Source: an uncultured delta proteobacterium (GTDB lineage Bacteria > Desulfobacterota > Desulfobacteria > Desulfobacterales > Desulfosalsimonadaceae). From it: a DNA stretch of 64,000 bases. The notes beneath the pieces are model-generated. The model had not been told where the DNA came from. It was given only the letters and a program-made list of their open reading frames with translations, and made no database searches. The DNA lies in assembly GCA_963826785.1 (NCBI GenBank), contig CAWGYD010000003.1, positions 320,001 to 384,000 of the forward strand. The letters are read 5' to 3'. Shown here in pieces: positions 41,224 through 51,621 of the stretch; within the stretch, counting starts at the first letter, position 1; each line of letters starts with the position of its first letter. A program made the translations under genes and the position numbers.

Positions 41224-41739
41224 ATGGCTTACGCAAAAATGACATACACGGGTATATTTGCCTACGCAGATGATTTCAAAAAGGCGGTGTCCGGTCTCCT
41301 GGCGGAAAAATACCGCATCCACACCATCTATTCCCCGGTTCCGGCCGAAGAGGTCTATTCAATGCTGGAGTTGAAGCGCTCGCCCATCCGGTTTTTCACC
41401 CTGGCCGGGGCGGTGGCCGGCTTCATGTTCGCCTTCACCATCGCCATATACACGGCCATCCAGTGGGGATTCATCATCCAGGGCAAGCCGGTGATCGGCT
41501 GGGTTTCCTTTTGCCTGGTGGCCTACGAGATCACCATTCTGGCCGCAGTCATCTGTACGGTGGCCGGCGTCTTCCTGCTGGGGAGGCTCAAACCGCAGGT
41601 GGAGCCCCTCGAAGCCATTACGGCGGATATTTCCCGGAACCGCTACGGATTGACCGTGGAATGCCCCACCTATAAAAAAGATGCGGTCAGCCAGCTGCTG
41701 ATGCAAAACGGAGCCGAGCATATCTATGAGGACGCATAA
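41224..41739 (+). CDS. actD: Alternative complex III subunit D (DUF3341)
   Basis: YSPVP, QGKP, YEITIL motifs; position after actC. Confidence 0.82.
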   Translation: MAYAKMTYTGIFAYADDFKKAVSGLLAEKYRIHTIYSPVPAEEVYSMLELKRSPIRFFTLAGAVAGFMFAFTIAIYTAIQWGFIIQGKPVIGWVSFCLVAYEITILAAVICTVAGVFLLGRLKPQVEPLEAITADISRNRYGLTVECPTYKKDAVSQLLMQNGAEHIYEDA

Positions 41740-42931
41740 GCCCCCAGTTTTTCTTTGGTTGCTGTTGATCCTGATGATCGCATCGGGGGCGGGCGGATTT
41801 GCGGCCGGGATGACCGGTTGGCATGTTCAGCGCATCTGGCAGTCCTATCTGACCAATTTCGTGTTCTGGACGGGGCTGGCCTACGGGGGGGTGGCCTTCG
41901 TGGCGGTCATGAACACGGTCAACCAGCGATGGGGCCGGCCCATGAAACGTCTGGCCGAGTCCATGGGGGCCTTTCTGCCCATCTCCCTGGTCCTGTTTGT
42001 GGGAATCTGGTTCGGCCGGGAGCACATTTTCCCCTGGATCCATGAGCCCCTCCCCAAGAAGGCCGCCTGGCTGAACATCGAATTTCTGTTCGTCCGGGAG
42101 GGGGTGACCCTGCTGGTGCTGACCCTGGTGGCCCTGGTGCTTCTTTATGGTTCGATCAAAAGCGATTCCAATTACCTGGCGCGCGGCCGGAAAATCCCGG
42201 ATATCGAAGAGATGGCGCAGCAGCGTCTGTGGCGCATCCAGCAGATGGTCTCCCCGTTTTTCGCCATCCTGTACATCTTTCTGCTGACCCTGGTGGCATG
42301 GGATTTGATCATGTCCCTTTCCCCCCACTGGTACTCCACCCTGTTCGGGGCCTATTTTTTCGTGGGGTGCTTCTATTCGGCCCTGGCCGGCCTGTTTGTG
42401 CTTTCGGCCCTGGTATACCGGGGAAAGGCCCTGTCGCCGTACCTGGGGTCGGACAACTTTCACCAGCTGGGGAAATTTCAGCTCGGGTTTCTGATGGTTC
42501 TGGGAGACTTCTTCTTCTCCCAGTACCTGCTGATCTGGTACGGCAACATCCCCGAAGAGACGCGGTTTATCATCGACCGGTTCTATATTCCCCCCTGGCA
42601 CTGGGTCTCCTGGGCGGTGTTCGCCCTGATTTTCGTGATTCCCTTTTTCGTGCTGTTAAACCGGAATATCAAGATGAAGCCGATGGCCATGCTGGGACTG
42701 AGCGCAATTATCCTGATCGGGATGTGGCTGGAGCGCTTCTTGCTCATCGTCCCCTCCATCTGGGTCTCAGACACAATCCCCCTGGGGCTGCCGGAGTTTC
42801 TGATTACCGCCGGTTTTTTCGGGCTGATGGGAGTCTGCGTGCTCTTCTACCTCCGGCGCTTCCCCCTGGTGCCGGCGGGGGACCCGGTGTTTGCGCGGTT
42901 TTACATGATTCGGGAGGGGGAATCGGAATGA
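41726..42931 (+). CDS. actF: Alternative complex III subunit F
   Basis: DLIMSLSPHWYSTLFG, SQYLLIWYGNIPEE. Confidence 0.85.
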   Translation: MRTHKPPVFLWLLLILMIASGAGGFAAGMTGWHVQRIWQSYLTNFVFWTGLAYGGVAFVAVMNTVNQRWGRPMKRLAESMGAFLPISLVLFVGIWFGREHIFPWIHEPLPKKAAWLNIEFLFVREGVTLLVLTLVALVLLYGSIKSDSNYLARGRKIPDIEEMAQQRLWRIQQMVSPFFAILYIFLLTLVAWDLIMSLSPHWYSTLFGAYFFVGCFYSALAGLFVLSALVYRGKALSPYLGSDNFHQLGKFQLGFLMVLGDFFFSQYLLIWYGNIPEETRFIIDRFYIPPWHWVSWAVFALIFVIPFFVLLNRNIKMKPMAMLGLSAIILIGMWLERFLLIVPSIWVSDTIPLGLPEFLITAGFFGLMGVCVLFYLRRFPLVPAGDPVFARFYMIREGESE

Positions 42932-42959
42932 CATCTTATTGTGCTGCGGATCATTATTG

Positions 42960-43505
42960 ATGGCTGAAGACGAACAAAAAGAGAAAAAACACGGCTCGCC
43001 GGTCTGGTGGCCCGGGTGGCTTCTGGTCTCAATCCTGGTACTGAGTTCCATGATGTACGTCTACTACCGGTATCCCCACCAGAATATCGGGCCGAAACAG
43101 CCGATCCCCTTCAGCCACCGCATCCATGCCGGGGTCAAGCGGATCAATTGTCTTTTCTGTCACCCCTATGCGGAGCGGGGTCCCCGGGCCGGCATCCCGG
43201 TGATGGAGAAATGCTTTTTCTGCCACAAGTATGTCATTCCGTGGCATCCGGAGATCGAAAAAGAGCGGGCCCATTACGAAAGCGGCGATCCCGTGGCCTG
43301 GGTGCGGATTTTCTACATTCCGGACCATGTCAAGTTCCGCCACCAGCCGCATATCCGGTGGGCGGGCCTGGCGTGCACCACCTGCCACGGGCAGGTTCAG
43401 ACGGAAGACCGTCTCCAGAAAAAGTATTTCAAAATGGGGTTTTGCATCGGCTGCCACCGGAAAATGAATGCCCAACTGGACTGCTGGCTGTCGTGCCACC
43501 ATTGA
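42960..43505 (+). CDS. actA: Alternative complex III multiheme cytochrome c subunit A
   Basis: QPIPFSHRIH; CLFCH, CFFCH, CTTCH, CIGCH and terminal CWLSCH. Confidence 0.85.
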   Translation: MAEDEQKEKKHGSPVWWPGWLLVSILVLSSMMYVYYRYPHQNIGPKQPIPFSHRIHAGVKRINCLFCHPYAERGPRAGIPVMEKCFFCHKYVIPWHPEIEKERAHYESGDPVAWVRIFYIPDHVKFRHQPHIRWAGLACTTCHGQVQTEDRLQKKYFKMGFCIGCHRKMNAQLDCWLSCHH

Positions 43506-43588
43506 ACACCTTCCCCCTCAAGGGGATTGGGAGGTGGCCCTCCAAGGGAGGATTTGGACCGAGTCTATCATAGGGAGTGATTTGCAGG

Positions 43589-44944
43589 ATGCTGAAATAT
43601 CAGAGTTATGTCACGGTGAAAGCGTTTTTCTTAAGCGCCATGGCCTGGTTCGTCCTGGGGACCTCGGCCGGGTTCATCGATGCGACCCACCTGATGGCCC
43701 CGGAACTGCTGGCCAACATCCCCTGGATCTTCTTCGGCCGGATCCGGCCCATACACACCAATATCGTGATTTTCGGGTTTGCGGGGACCACGCTGCTGGG
43801 ATGCGCCTTCTACATCCTTCCCACCCTGGTGCGGGTGCCCCTCTTCAGCGAGGCCCTGGGGCTCTTTTCCGTGCTGCTGTGGAACGCCACCATCGCCTCC
43901 GGCACGGTTCTGCTGGCCTTCGGCTACAACCAGGGCCGGGAATACGCGGAATGGACCTGGGGCGTGGATATCGGGATCCTCGCCTGCCTGCTGCTCTTCT
44001 TCTTCAACCTGCTGATGACCGCGATCCAGCGCAAAGAGAAGATCCTTTATGTGTCCAACTGGTACTTTTTCGCCACCCTGGTCTTTCTATTTTTCATCTA
44101 TTTCTTCGGAAACGCGATGTGGCACCCCTCCACCGGCGCCATCACCGGCATTCCGGACGCCAACCTGGCCTGGTTTTACGGACATGGCCTGGTGGGGCTT
44201 TTTTTGACCCCCCTGGCGGTGGGGGCCGCCTATTACGTGGTTCCTCTCCTGAGCCGGTCCCCCCTGTACAGCCACACCGCCTCCCTGGTGGGGTTCTGGA
44301 CCATCCTTTTGCTCTACAACCACATCGGCACCCATCACATTCTCCAGGCGCCGGTCCCCACCTGGCTCAAGGTGGTGGCCATCACCGGCAGCATCGGCAT
44401 GATCATCCCCGTGGCCGTGGTGCTGGTAAACCTGTGGCTGACCATGCGGGGGAGACTGGCCTATCTCCATTCGGACATCGGGGGCAAGTTCGTATTCGCC
44501 GGCCTGGTCTGGTATCTGATCGTGTGCATCCAGGGGCCGCTCCAGGCCATCCCCTCGATCCAGCGGGTCACCCATTTCAACAACTGGGTAGTGGCGCATG
44601 CCCATATCGGCATCCTGGGGTTTGCAGGGTTCATCGGCATCGGGACCATGTATTTCATCCTCCCCCGGATCACCGGCAAAGCGCTCTACAACCCGCGCCT
44701 GGCCGACGTGCAGTACTGGATGGTCCTCCTGGGGATCTCCGCCTTTTTCGTGATCCTCACCCCGGCGGGGCTGCTCCAGGGAAACGCCTGGTACAACGGC
44801 GAGATGGTCTACCGGGTGCTGCCTGAAATCCACATCTACATGGTGCTTCGGGCCGCCACCGGGCTGCTGGTGGTGGCCAGCGCCTACATCGGGTTTTACC
44901 TTGTATTTATGAGCATCTTTTCATCAAAGAGGAAAACGGCATGA
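43589..44944 (+). CDS. ccoN: cbb3-type cytochrome c oxidase subunit I
   Basis: RIRPIHTN, GREYAE, WFYGH, YNHIGTHH, WVVAHAH; alternative GTG start 43577. Confidence 0.9.
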   Translation: MLKYQSYVTVKAFFLSAMAWFVLGTSAGFIDATHLMAPELLANIPWIFFGRIRPIHTNIVIFGFAGTTLLGCAFYILPTLVRVPLFSEALGLFSVLLWNATIASGTVLLAFGYNQGREYAEWTWGVDIGILACLLLFFFNLLMTAIQRKEKILYVSNWYFFATLVFLFFIYFFGNAMWHPSTGAITGIPDANLAWFYGHGLVGLFLTPLAVGAAYYVVPLLSRSPLYSHTASLVGFWTILLLYNHIGTHHILQAPVPTWLKVVAITGSIGMIIPVAVVLVNLWLTMRGRLAYLHSDIGGKFVFAGLVWYLIVCIQGPLQAIPSIQRVTHFNNWVVAHAHIGILGFAGFIGIGTMYFILPRITGKALYNPRLADVQYWMVLLGISAFFVILTPAGLLQGNAWYNGEMVYRVLPEIHIYMVLRAATGLLVVASAYIGFYLVFMSIFSSKRKTA

Positions 44945-45987
44945 GAATGACGGCGGCCCTGGTCATAGCCGGTGCGTTTATGTTGTTTTTTGCCACCTTT
45001 TTCATCGTGGCGGTGCTTCCCTGGATCACCATCCCGGAAACGCCGTCCGATATTTTCCGGCCCCGGACCGCAGCGGAGAACCAGGGGCGCGACATTTACG
45101 TGAATAACGGCTGCACCTACTGCCATTCCCAGTTCATCCGGCCCATCGACTGGGGATGGGGCGCCCAGCGGATCGCACAGGTGGGGGATTACATCGCGGA
45201 CCAGCCCCATCTGCTGGGAACCGAGCGGACCGGTCCGGACCTGTCCCAGGAAGGCGGGCAGCGGCCCGATGACTGGCACATCGCGCATTTTATCAATCCG
45301 CGGTTTGTCAGCCCGGCCTCGGTCATGCCCAACCTGCAATGGCTGGGGGATGAAAAAATCAAACTGCTCACCGCCTATGTCCAGAGCCTGGGGTTTAAAA
45401 TGGCCGACTTCCGGGTGGCCCGGCAGAATTTCTGGAAGCAAAAAGCCGTTTCGGCCTACCGGTCCGGGCCGGACCAGAACATGGAATGGATCCATTCCTG
45501 GGTCCCCAAACCCTGGCGGGAGCTGCCCAATCCCTACCCGCCCATCCCTTCGGCCATCGCCCGGGGGCACCGGATTTACCAGCAGTTCTGCATCGGATGC
45601 CACGGGTCCATCGGCGACGGCATGGGGCCGGCCGAGCCGTTTTTGAATCCGCCGCCGCTGAACTTCACCATCGTCAAGGGGCGGGGGATCAGCGGGGGGA
45701 TCATCTATTACCAGGTGATGAACGGCATCACGGGTACGGGTATGCCCTATTTCAAGGAGTTTCTGGAATCGGAAAAGATCTGGGACGTGGGGCATTACAT
45801 CTCCACTTTCTTTATCGGCCAGACTGATGCGGACGGGCCCCCCGAAGGGATCGATGCCGCCTATGAACCCCCCTATGAACCGCCGAAGCCCCCCGGCAAT
45901 AAACAGAAGCTGGGCAAAACCGCGGAACACCCGGAGTTCGGAAGCGGCGGGATGGATGAGGAGGGAAATCAGATGCTGCCGCCTTGA
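44941..45987 (+). CDS. ccoO: cbb3-type oxidase subunit II fused to a second cytochrome c domain
   Basis: GCTYCHSQFIRP, GTERTGPDL, then CIGCH. Confidence 0.88.
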   Translation: MRMTAALVIAGAFMLFFATFFIVAVLPWITIPETPSDIFRPRTAAENQGRDIYVNNGCTYCHSQFIRPIDWGWGAQRIAQVGDYIADQPHLLGTERTGPDLSQEGGQRPDDWHIAHFINPRFVSPASVMPNLQWLGDEKIKLLTAYVQSLGFKMADFRVARQNFWKQKAVSAYRSGPDQNMEWIHSWVPKPWRELPNPYPPIPSAIARGHRIYQQFCIGCHGSIGDGMGPAEPFLNPPPLNFTIVKGRGISGGIIYYQVMNGITGTGMPYFKEFLESEKIWDVGHYISTFFIGQTDADGPPEGIDAAYEPPYEPPKPPGNKQKLGKTAEHPEFGSGGMDEEGNQMLPP

Positions 45988-46070
45988 CACCCCCCTGCCC
46001 CCTCAAGGGGGGATTAAAGTAGATTGATTGCTGTCGAAATCCCCCCTTGAGGGGGGCGAAGGGGGGTGTC
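45987..46070. repeat. Minimal REP-like inverted doublet
   Basis: Forward copy at 45987, reverse at 46038-46070. Confidence 0.82.
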
Positions 46071-46110
46071 GGGTGCCGATGCCCGAATTCATTTAAAAAA
46101 GGAGCGATCC

Positions 46111-46383
46111 ATGTACCTTCCCCTGTGGGCACTGCTGGTGATCATCTCCCTGCTGGTCAGCCTGGCGGCATTTGTGTGGGGGCTCTTTGCCGGTCAGTTC
46201 CGGAACCCGGAGCGGGCGCGCTATCTTCCTTTCGGGGGCGGCGAAGCCCCGCCGGTAAAAACGCCGGGGCCCGGGCTCAAGCCCCCGCTGGAGGTCTATT
46301 ATCTGGGCGCAGTCGCCGCAGTCTCCGTGTTCATCCTGGCTGCGCCCATTTTGTTGACCCTTTACCATTCACTTTTGAGGTAA
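46111..46383 (+). CDS. ccoS: cbb3-type oxidase assembly protein CcoS-like
   Basis: AFVWGLFAGQF motif; RBS AGGAG. Confidence 0.75.
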   Translation: MYLPLWALLVIISLLVSLAAFVWGLFAGQFRNPERARYLPFGGGEAPPVKTPGPGLKPPLEVYYLGAVAAVSVFILAAPILLTLYHSLLR

Positions 46384-46387
46384 ATTC

Positions 46388-46660
46388 ATGCGCTATTTCA
46401 CCCTGCTCGATTTTCTCCACTGGGGCCTGGTCTGCTGCCTGGGGCTCATGGGGGTGATTGCGGTCTATATCGCCTGGAGCACCTATTACACCCGCCCCTT
46501 TAACGAGCTGGACGTATCCGACGCGAACAAAATGGCGGACCACCCGGGGTCGAGCCATCACCCGGTCCCCCCGTTTCTGAAATTCGTCTTTCTCGGCGTG
46601 GGCCTGTGGGCGTTTTTCTATGTCATCATTGTCGGATACTTCGGCGGACCGATCATTTAA
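46388..46660 (+). CDS. Small 2-TM protein, resembles the CcoP N-terminal anchor
   Basis: HPVPPFLKFVF...WAFFY; operon position. Confidence 0.65.
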   Translation: MRYFTLLDFLHWGLVCCLGLMGVIAVYIAWSTYYTRPFNELDVSDANKMADHPGSSHHPVPPFLKFVFLGVGLWAFFYVIIVGYFGGPII

Positions 46661-46675
46661 AAAAGGAGTGTCCCC

Positions 46676-47002
46676 ATGCAGATACCTGAAAAACTCAGGC
46701 CGAAAAAAGGAAGCCTGGTGACCATCTTCGTATTTACCTTCATGTCCGTCTCCTTTCTTGTCTACGGCGCCATCCTTTACCTGGTGGTGGGCACCCGCCC
46801 GGGTCCCACCTGGTTTTTCGGCACCATGCCGGATGTGCCCGGCCAGTCCGAATATTCCACTTCCAGCACCAAGCAGTTCTTTTTGAATGCCACCAGCCCG
46901 GAGAAAGGGGGTGTGGTGAGCCGGCAGCATGTGATGGGCGAAGAAAACGATCCGACTTTCAGGGACGAATGGAAAATAGACGAAACGAGGGATGGTCGAT
47001 GA
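46676..47002 (+). CDS. Hypothetical single-TM protein
   Basis: RBS AAGGAG; ATGA overlap with next gene. Confidence 0.65.
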   Translation: MQIPEKLRPKKGSLVTIFVFTFMSVSFLVYGAILYLVVGTRPGPTWFFGTMPDVPGQSEYSTSSTKQFFLNATSPEKGGVVSRQHVMGEENDPTFRDEWKIDETRDGR

Positions 47003-47514
47003 AACACATGGTCCTCTTCAGAATTTTTCTGCTGTCGGCTGCCATGTGGATCGTGACTATGCTTTCCGGATGCGATTACGCCAGCATGCGAAACGATGAA
47101 GCCGTCGACCTGTACCAGATTTCCATGCCCGTCATGCCGGAGGCCTCGGTTCCGATTACCGGCGGCATCAATGAACTGCGCATCGCCGATGTCTCGAAGA
47201 TGAAAAACCCGCTGCCGGAAACCCGCCCGGTGATCCGATTGGGGGAGAAGCGCTATCACACTTTTTGCGGGCAGTGCCACGGCCCGGATGCGCAGGGGTA
47301 TGGCACGGTGGGCCAGAGTTTTGCGCCCCTGCCCACCAACCTCCGGGGAAAAAAAGTACGGAATTTAAGCGACGGGCTGTTCTTCTACCGCACCGCTCTC
47401 GGATTCAAGCGCCATCCGCCGCTTTTCTACACGGTCGCCGCAGATGATATCTGGGCCATTCAGCGCTACATCCGGCAGCTGGCCCAAATTTCACCGGACG
47501 GTCCCCGCCCATGA
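46999..47514 (+). CDS. Monoheme cytochrome c lipoprotein (ActE-like)
   Basis: Lipobox LSGC; CGQCH. Confidence 0.8.
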   Translation: MKHMVLFRIFLLSAAMWIVTMLSGCDYASMRNDEAVDLYQISMPVMPEASVPITGGINELRIADVSKMKNPLPETRPVIRLGEKRYHTFCGQCHGPDAQGYGTVGQSFAPLPTNLRGKKVRNLSDGLFFYRTALGFKRHPPLFYTVAADDIWAIQRYIRQLAQISPDGPRP

Positions 47515-50044
47515 CCACTGCCGCGGCCATGCCCCTTTCCCGGGAAAGGCCCGCCTGCACGCTTTGCGGGCTGACCTGCCCGGAAATACCCGTGGAGCGC
47601 AAAATCCGGAAAGAATCGAACTGCTTCTGCTGTGCGGGATGCGCGCATGTCTATGATATCCTGATCCATCTGCCCGAAGGCCCGCCCGCCGATTTCAAGG
47701 ATACCGACATATATCGCAGCTGCCTGGCCGCCGGCCTGGTCCCCAGGGACGAAAACGATCTTGCCCCGGGCCCCGGCGCAGCTAACTTTTCAGCCGATGC
47801 GGATTTTGAAAACGTGGAGATGGCCCTGTCCGAAAAGCTCCAGGTGCGCATCGACGGGATGTGGTGCACCGCCTGTGCCTGGCTCATCGAGTCGGTGCTG
47901 AAAAAAAGCCGCGGGATCGCAGACGCCCGGGTCCATTTCCTCTCCGATACGGCCGAGATCGCCTACCTCCCCTATGAGACCGGTCCCGAAGCGGTGTTTG
48001 ACCAGATCCGTCATCTGGGGTACGGGGCCGCACCCATCTCCGATGCCGACGGGAGCGCGCGCGAATCGAAAACCATGCTGCTGCGCCTGGGGATCGGGGC
48101 CATCCTTTCTTTAAACATCATGATGATCTCCTTTGTGTTTTACTACGGGCTGCTGGACGGCCTGGAAGTGCACGCGGTGAAATACATGGCCTGGCCCCTG
48201 CTGATGCTTTCCACCCCGGTCATTTTCTACAGCGGCATGCCCATCCTGAGCCGGGCCCGGGCCGGTATGGCCCACGCTACCTTCTCCATGGATACCCTGA
48301 TCGCCATGGGGGCGCTTTCCGCCTACGGATTCAGCGTCATCAACATGACCGCAGACGATCCCCATCTCTATTTCGACACGGCATCCATGCTCATTACCCT
48401 GGTGCTGCTGGGCCGGTTTATTGAACACCATGCCCGGGAGCGGGTGACGGCGGGCATCTCCGAACTCTATCGGCTCTCCCGGCAAAAGGTGCGGCTCACG
48501 GATGAAAAGGGTGATCTGGAGCGATGGGTCGCACCGGATGCGGTTTCAGCCGAAGATTGCTTTCGGGTGCGCTGCGGCGAACAGGTGAGCGTGGACGGCA
48601 CCGTGATGTCCGGGGATGCGGTCCTGGATCTTTCGGCTATCACCGGGGAGTCGAAGCCGGCCCGGGCGGTCCGGGGGGATGCCGTGCGGGCCGGGTCACG
48701 GCTGTTGGAGGGAGACCTGACCCTCAACGCCCGGGGTCCGGGGTCGGACAGTTCACTGCAGCAGATGATCCGCATGATGCAGGCGGCCATGGTCGGCAAA
48801 AACCGGACGGAAGCGGCGGCCGACCGGATCACCCGCTTTCTGGTGCCCGCCATTGTCCTTCTGGCGGCGGGAACGGCAGCCTTTCTCAAAATACGGGGGG
48901 CATCCACGGACACGGCCCTGCTGCGGGCCATCACCGTACTGGTCATCACCTGCCCCTGCGCGCTGGGGATTGCCGTACCCCTGGCCAAGGTCGCGGCCCT
49001 GGGCACGGGCCGCCGGCTGGGCATCCTGATCCGCGATGCCCGGGTGCTGGAACGGATGAAAACAGTCGATGCCGTGGTGCTGGACAAGACCGGCACGCTG
49101 ACCCGGGGCGATTTTCGCCTGCGCCGGGCAATCCCCGGCAAATTGGAAGAACCGGCAATCCTTAAAATCCTTGCATCCCTTGAAGCCGATTCAAACCATT
49201 ATCTGGCCCGGGAGGTGATGCGCCGGGCCCAGGATTTGAAGATCGATGTGCCCCCTGCCGAAGATATTCACCGATTGGCCGGACAGGGCGTGACCGGGCG
49301 CGTGAATGGCCGGACAGCAGCCCTGGGCAACCGCCGGCTCATGGAAGCCCGGCAGATCCCGTTGACCGATTACTGGGAAAAAGCGGCGGCGGAGCATGAA
49401 AGAAACGGGGATACCGTGGTCTTCTGCGGAATCGACGGGGCGCTTGCGGGAATGCTGGTGTTCGGCGACGACATCCGAAAGGAGGCGTTTGACCTGATCC
49501 GTTGCCTTAAGCGCCGGAACATGAAAGTGGTGATGATTTCCGGGGATTCGGAGGCGACCACCGCGGCAGTGGCGGCCCGGCTGGGCATTCATGATTTCAC
49601 CGGCTCCGCCCTGCCCGAAGACAAGGTGGCCGATGATCCGGGGTCATTCAGGCTGGCGGAAAAACCGTGGTCATGGCGGGCGACGGCATCAATGACGCCG
49701 CAGCCCTGGCCGCAGCCGACGTGGGTATGGCGCTGGGCGCCGGGGAGAACCTGATGCAGGAGGTTTCCGACCTGACCCTGGTGGGCGGGGACCCGGCCGG
49801 CATCTACCGGGCCATGGATCTTTCCCTGCGCACCGGCCGGATCATCTCGCAAAACCTGTTTTTCGCCTTTGCCTACAACATGGTGGGCATTCCCGCGGCC
49901 ATGGCCGGACTGCTCCACCCCTTTGCGGCGGTGGCGGCCATGTTCGCCAGCAGCCTCACCGTGATCGGCAATACCCTGCGCATCACCCGGTTTGACAAAC
50001 AAAATATCAATCGTGATGGAGACACCGGATGCATAGACGAATGA
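47511..50044 (+). CDS. ccoI: Heavy-metal P1B-type ATPase (CcoI/FixI-like Cu ATPase), frameshift near 49632-49650
   Basis: CTLC/CCAGC, MWCTAC, TGES, CPCALG, DKTGTLT, GDGIND, YN. Confidence 0.88.
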
Positions 50045-50562
50045 CATCTGCTTTTCTGGTTTTTCTACTCTGGTCGGCCGCCGTCCTGGTCCCGGCGCTG
50101 CAAGCGGCGGATTCCAAAAATTTTAATTCCCGGGACGAGATTTTTCTCAAGGAAGCGGTCATGGAGCAGCTGTTTATCCTGAGGGCGGCCAAACTGGCCG
50201 GGATCCGGTCAGAAGATGCACCGGTTCAGGACTTTGGTAAAAAACTGGTCAAAACCGTCGGCGAATGGAACAAGCGCATCGAAACGCTGATCCGAAAAAA
50301 CCAGGTCCGCGAAAAAATGGTGGAACTCCCCGGCGACCTGGATGCGGAACACCACGACCGGATAGACAAACTCCAGAAAGCCAAGGAGAACGAGTTTAAC
50401 GCTAAATTTTTAGAATCCATGCAGGAATCCTTCCATCATCTGACAGACACCTATGAGGAAGAAGCCCGGTACGGCGGCAATGAACAGGTCCGAAAATTTG
50501 CCGAGAACACCATATCCGAAATAAGGATTTTGAAAACTCCGGTGAAAGGGTTTTCCCGGTGA
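50029..50562 (+). CDS. DUF4142-like exported protein
   Basis: Signal peptide; DEIFLKEA, VQDFGKKLV, VRKFAENT helical pattern. Confidence 0.65.
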   Translation: MHRRMTSAFLVFLLWSAAVLVPALQAADSKNFNSRDEIFLKEAVMEQLFILRAAKLAGIRSEDAPVQDFGKKLVKTVGEWNKRIETLIRKNQVREKMVELPGDLDAEHHDRIDKLQKAKENEFNAKFLESMQESFHHLTDTYEEEARYGGNEQVRKFAENTISEIRILKTPVKGFSR

Positions 50563-50586
50563 GCCCGGATCCCAAGTCCCCCTTTT

Positions 50587-50883
50587 TCAGTAATGATACC
50601 TTGCCTGCAAAAAGTCGATTCTTTCCTGCCCGATCACATAAACAATGCGATGTTCCTGGGTGATTCGACGGGACCATACACCAGGCCCTAAAAACTTAAG
50701 CGGTTCAGGCTTGCCGATGCCCTTGAAAGGATCTCTCATAATGGCCTCGACCAGTTGAAACACCCGAAGGGCTGTCTTGCGATCCGTCTCCACCCAGTAT
50801 CGCAGATCCTCCCTGAACTCCGGTTGAAACACGGATTGGCGATTTTTTATATCTCTTTCCTGCTTCGAACGCCGATTACTCAA
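50587..50883 (-). CDS. yoeB: Txe/YoeB family toxin
   Basis: PFKGIGKPEPLK, WSRRITQEHRIVY, RYHY; probable TTG start overlapping the antitoxin stop. Confidence 0.9.
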   Translation of the reverse strand: MSNRRSKQERDIKNRQSVFQPEFREDLRYWVETDRKTALRVFQLVEAIMRDPFKGIGKPEPLKFLGPGVWSRRITQEHRIVYVIGQERIDFLQARYHY

Positions 50884-51154
50884 AGCCGATCTCTTTTCGA
50901 AGATCATCGATGGTTTGAGGCGTACCTGATCCCTTCCGGGCTTTCTCCAGTGAGGCAAGGAGCCTTTCTGCATTTTTAGGGGATCGCAGCAGGTGCGCCG
51001 TCTCAAGTATACCGGACAGCTCATCGGCGGCAATCATGGCGACATCCTCACGCCCGCGCCGCTTGATGACCACCACTTCCCGCCCTTCCGTCACCTCGTT
51101 CATCAAAGCGGCCAGCTGTGACCGGGCCTGGGTATATGTCATTTGTATCGTCAT
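50876..51154 (-). CDS. yefM: Phd/YefM family antitoxin
   Basis: TYTQARSQLA, ETAHLLRSPKNAERL; RBS GGAGG. Confidence 0.9.
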   Translation of the reverse strand: MTIQMTYTQARSQLAALMNEVTEGREVVVIKRRGREDVAMIAADELSGILETAHLLRSPKNAERLLASLEKARKGSGTPQTIDDLRKEIGFE

Positions 51155-51184
51155 GTCCGCCTCCGAATTCATGCATTGTTTTTA

Positions 51185-51223
51185 TGTACAGATATACTGT
51201 ACCTATGCCGGCTGAAATGTCAA
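51185..51223 (-). promoter_or_regulatory. Putative yefM-yoeB promoter with palindromic operator
   Basis: TTGACA-16-TACAGT on the - strand; GTACAG-N5-CTGTAC at 51186-51202. Confidence 0.65.
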
Positions 51224-51294
51224 GATTGACAAAGCATTTTCTGGTTATCCCGAAAAGTAAATGGAGGGGAATGGCGCATTTGCCGGATGTTTAT

Positions 51295-51621
51295 TCATGC
51301 ACCCAGCAGCCGCCGCTGCAGCAATGACTGCATGTCCCGGCGGCCGTCGACAATCAGAAGGACATAGACGTTTTGGGCCATCATCCGGTAGATGATCCGG
51401 TACGGTTTGAAGAAGATCTCCCGGTATTCCCGGATGCCAAGCGCCAGCAGCTCTTTGGGATAAACGCCCCGCTCGGGAGATTCGGACAGGCTGGAAAATG
51501 CTTTTTCGATCTGTGTCAGCACATGATCGGCTTTGCCGGGTGCATCATGAACGGCGATGTAGTCATAAATCTCTGCAAGATCACCTGCGGCATCCTCGGT
51601 CAGCAAAACCGCAAGCGGCAT
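51295..51621 (-). CDS. RelE/ParE family toxin
   Basis: LTEDAAGDLAEIYDYI, PERG, YRIIYR, DGRRD. Confidence 0.88.
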   Translation of the reverse strand: MPLAVLLTEDAAGDLAEIYDYIAVHDAPGKADHVLTQIEKAFSSLSESPERGVYPKELLALGIREYREIFFKPYRIIYRMMAQNVYVLLIVDGRRDMQSLLQRRLLGA

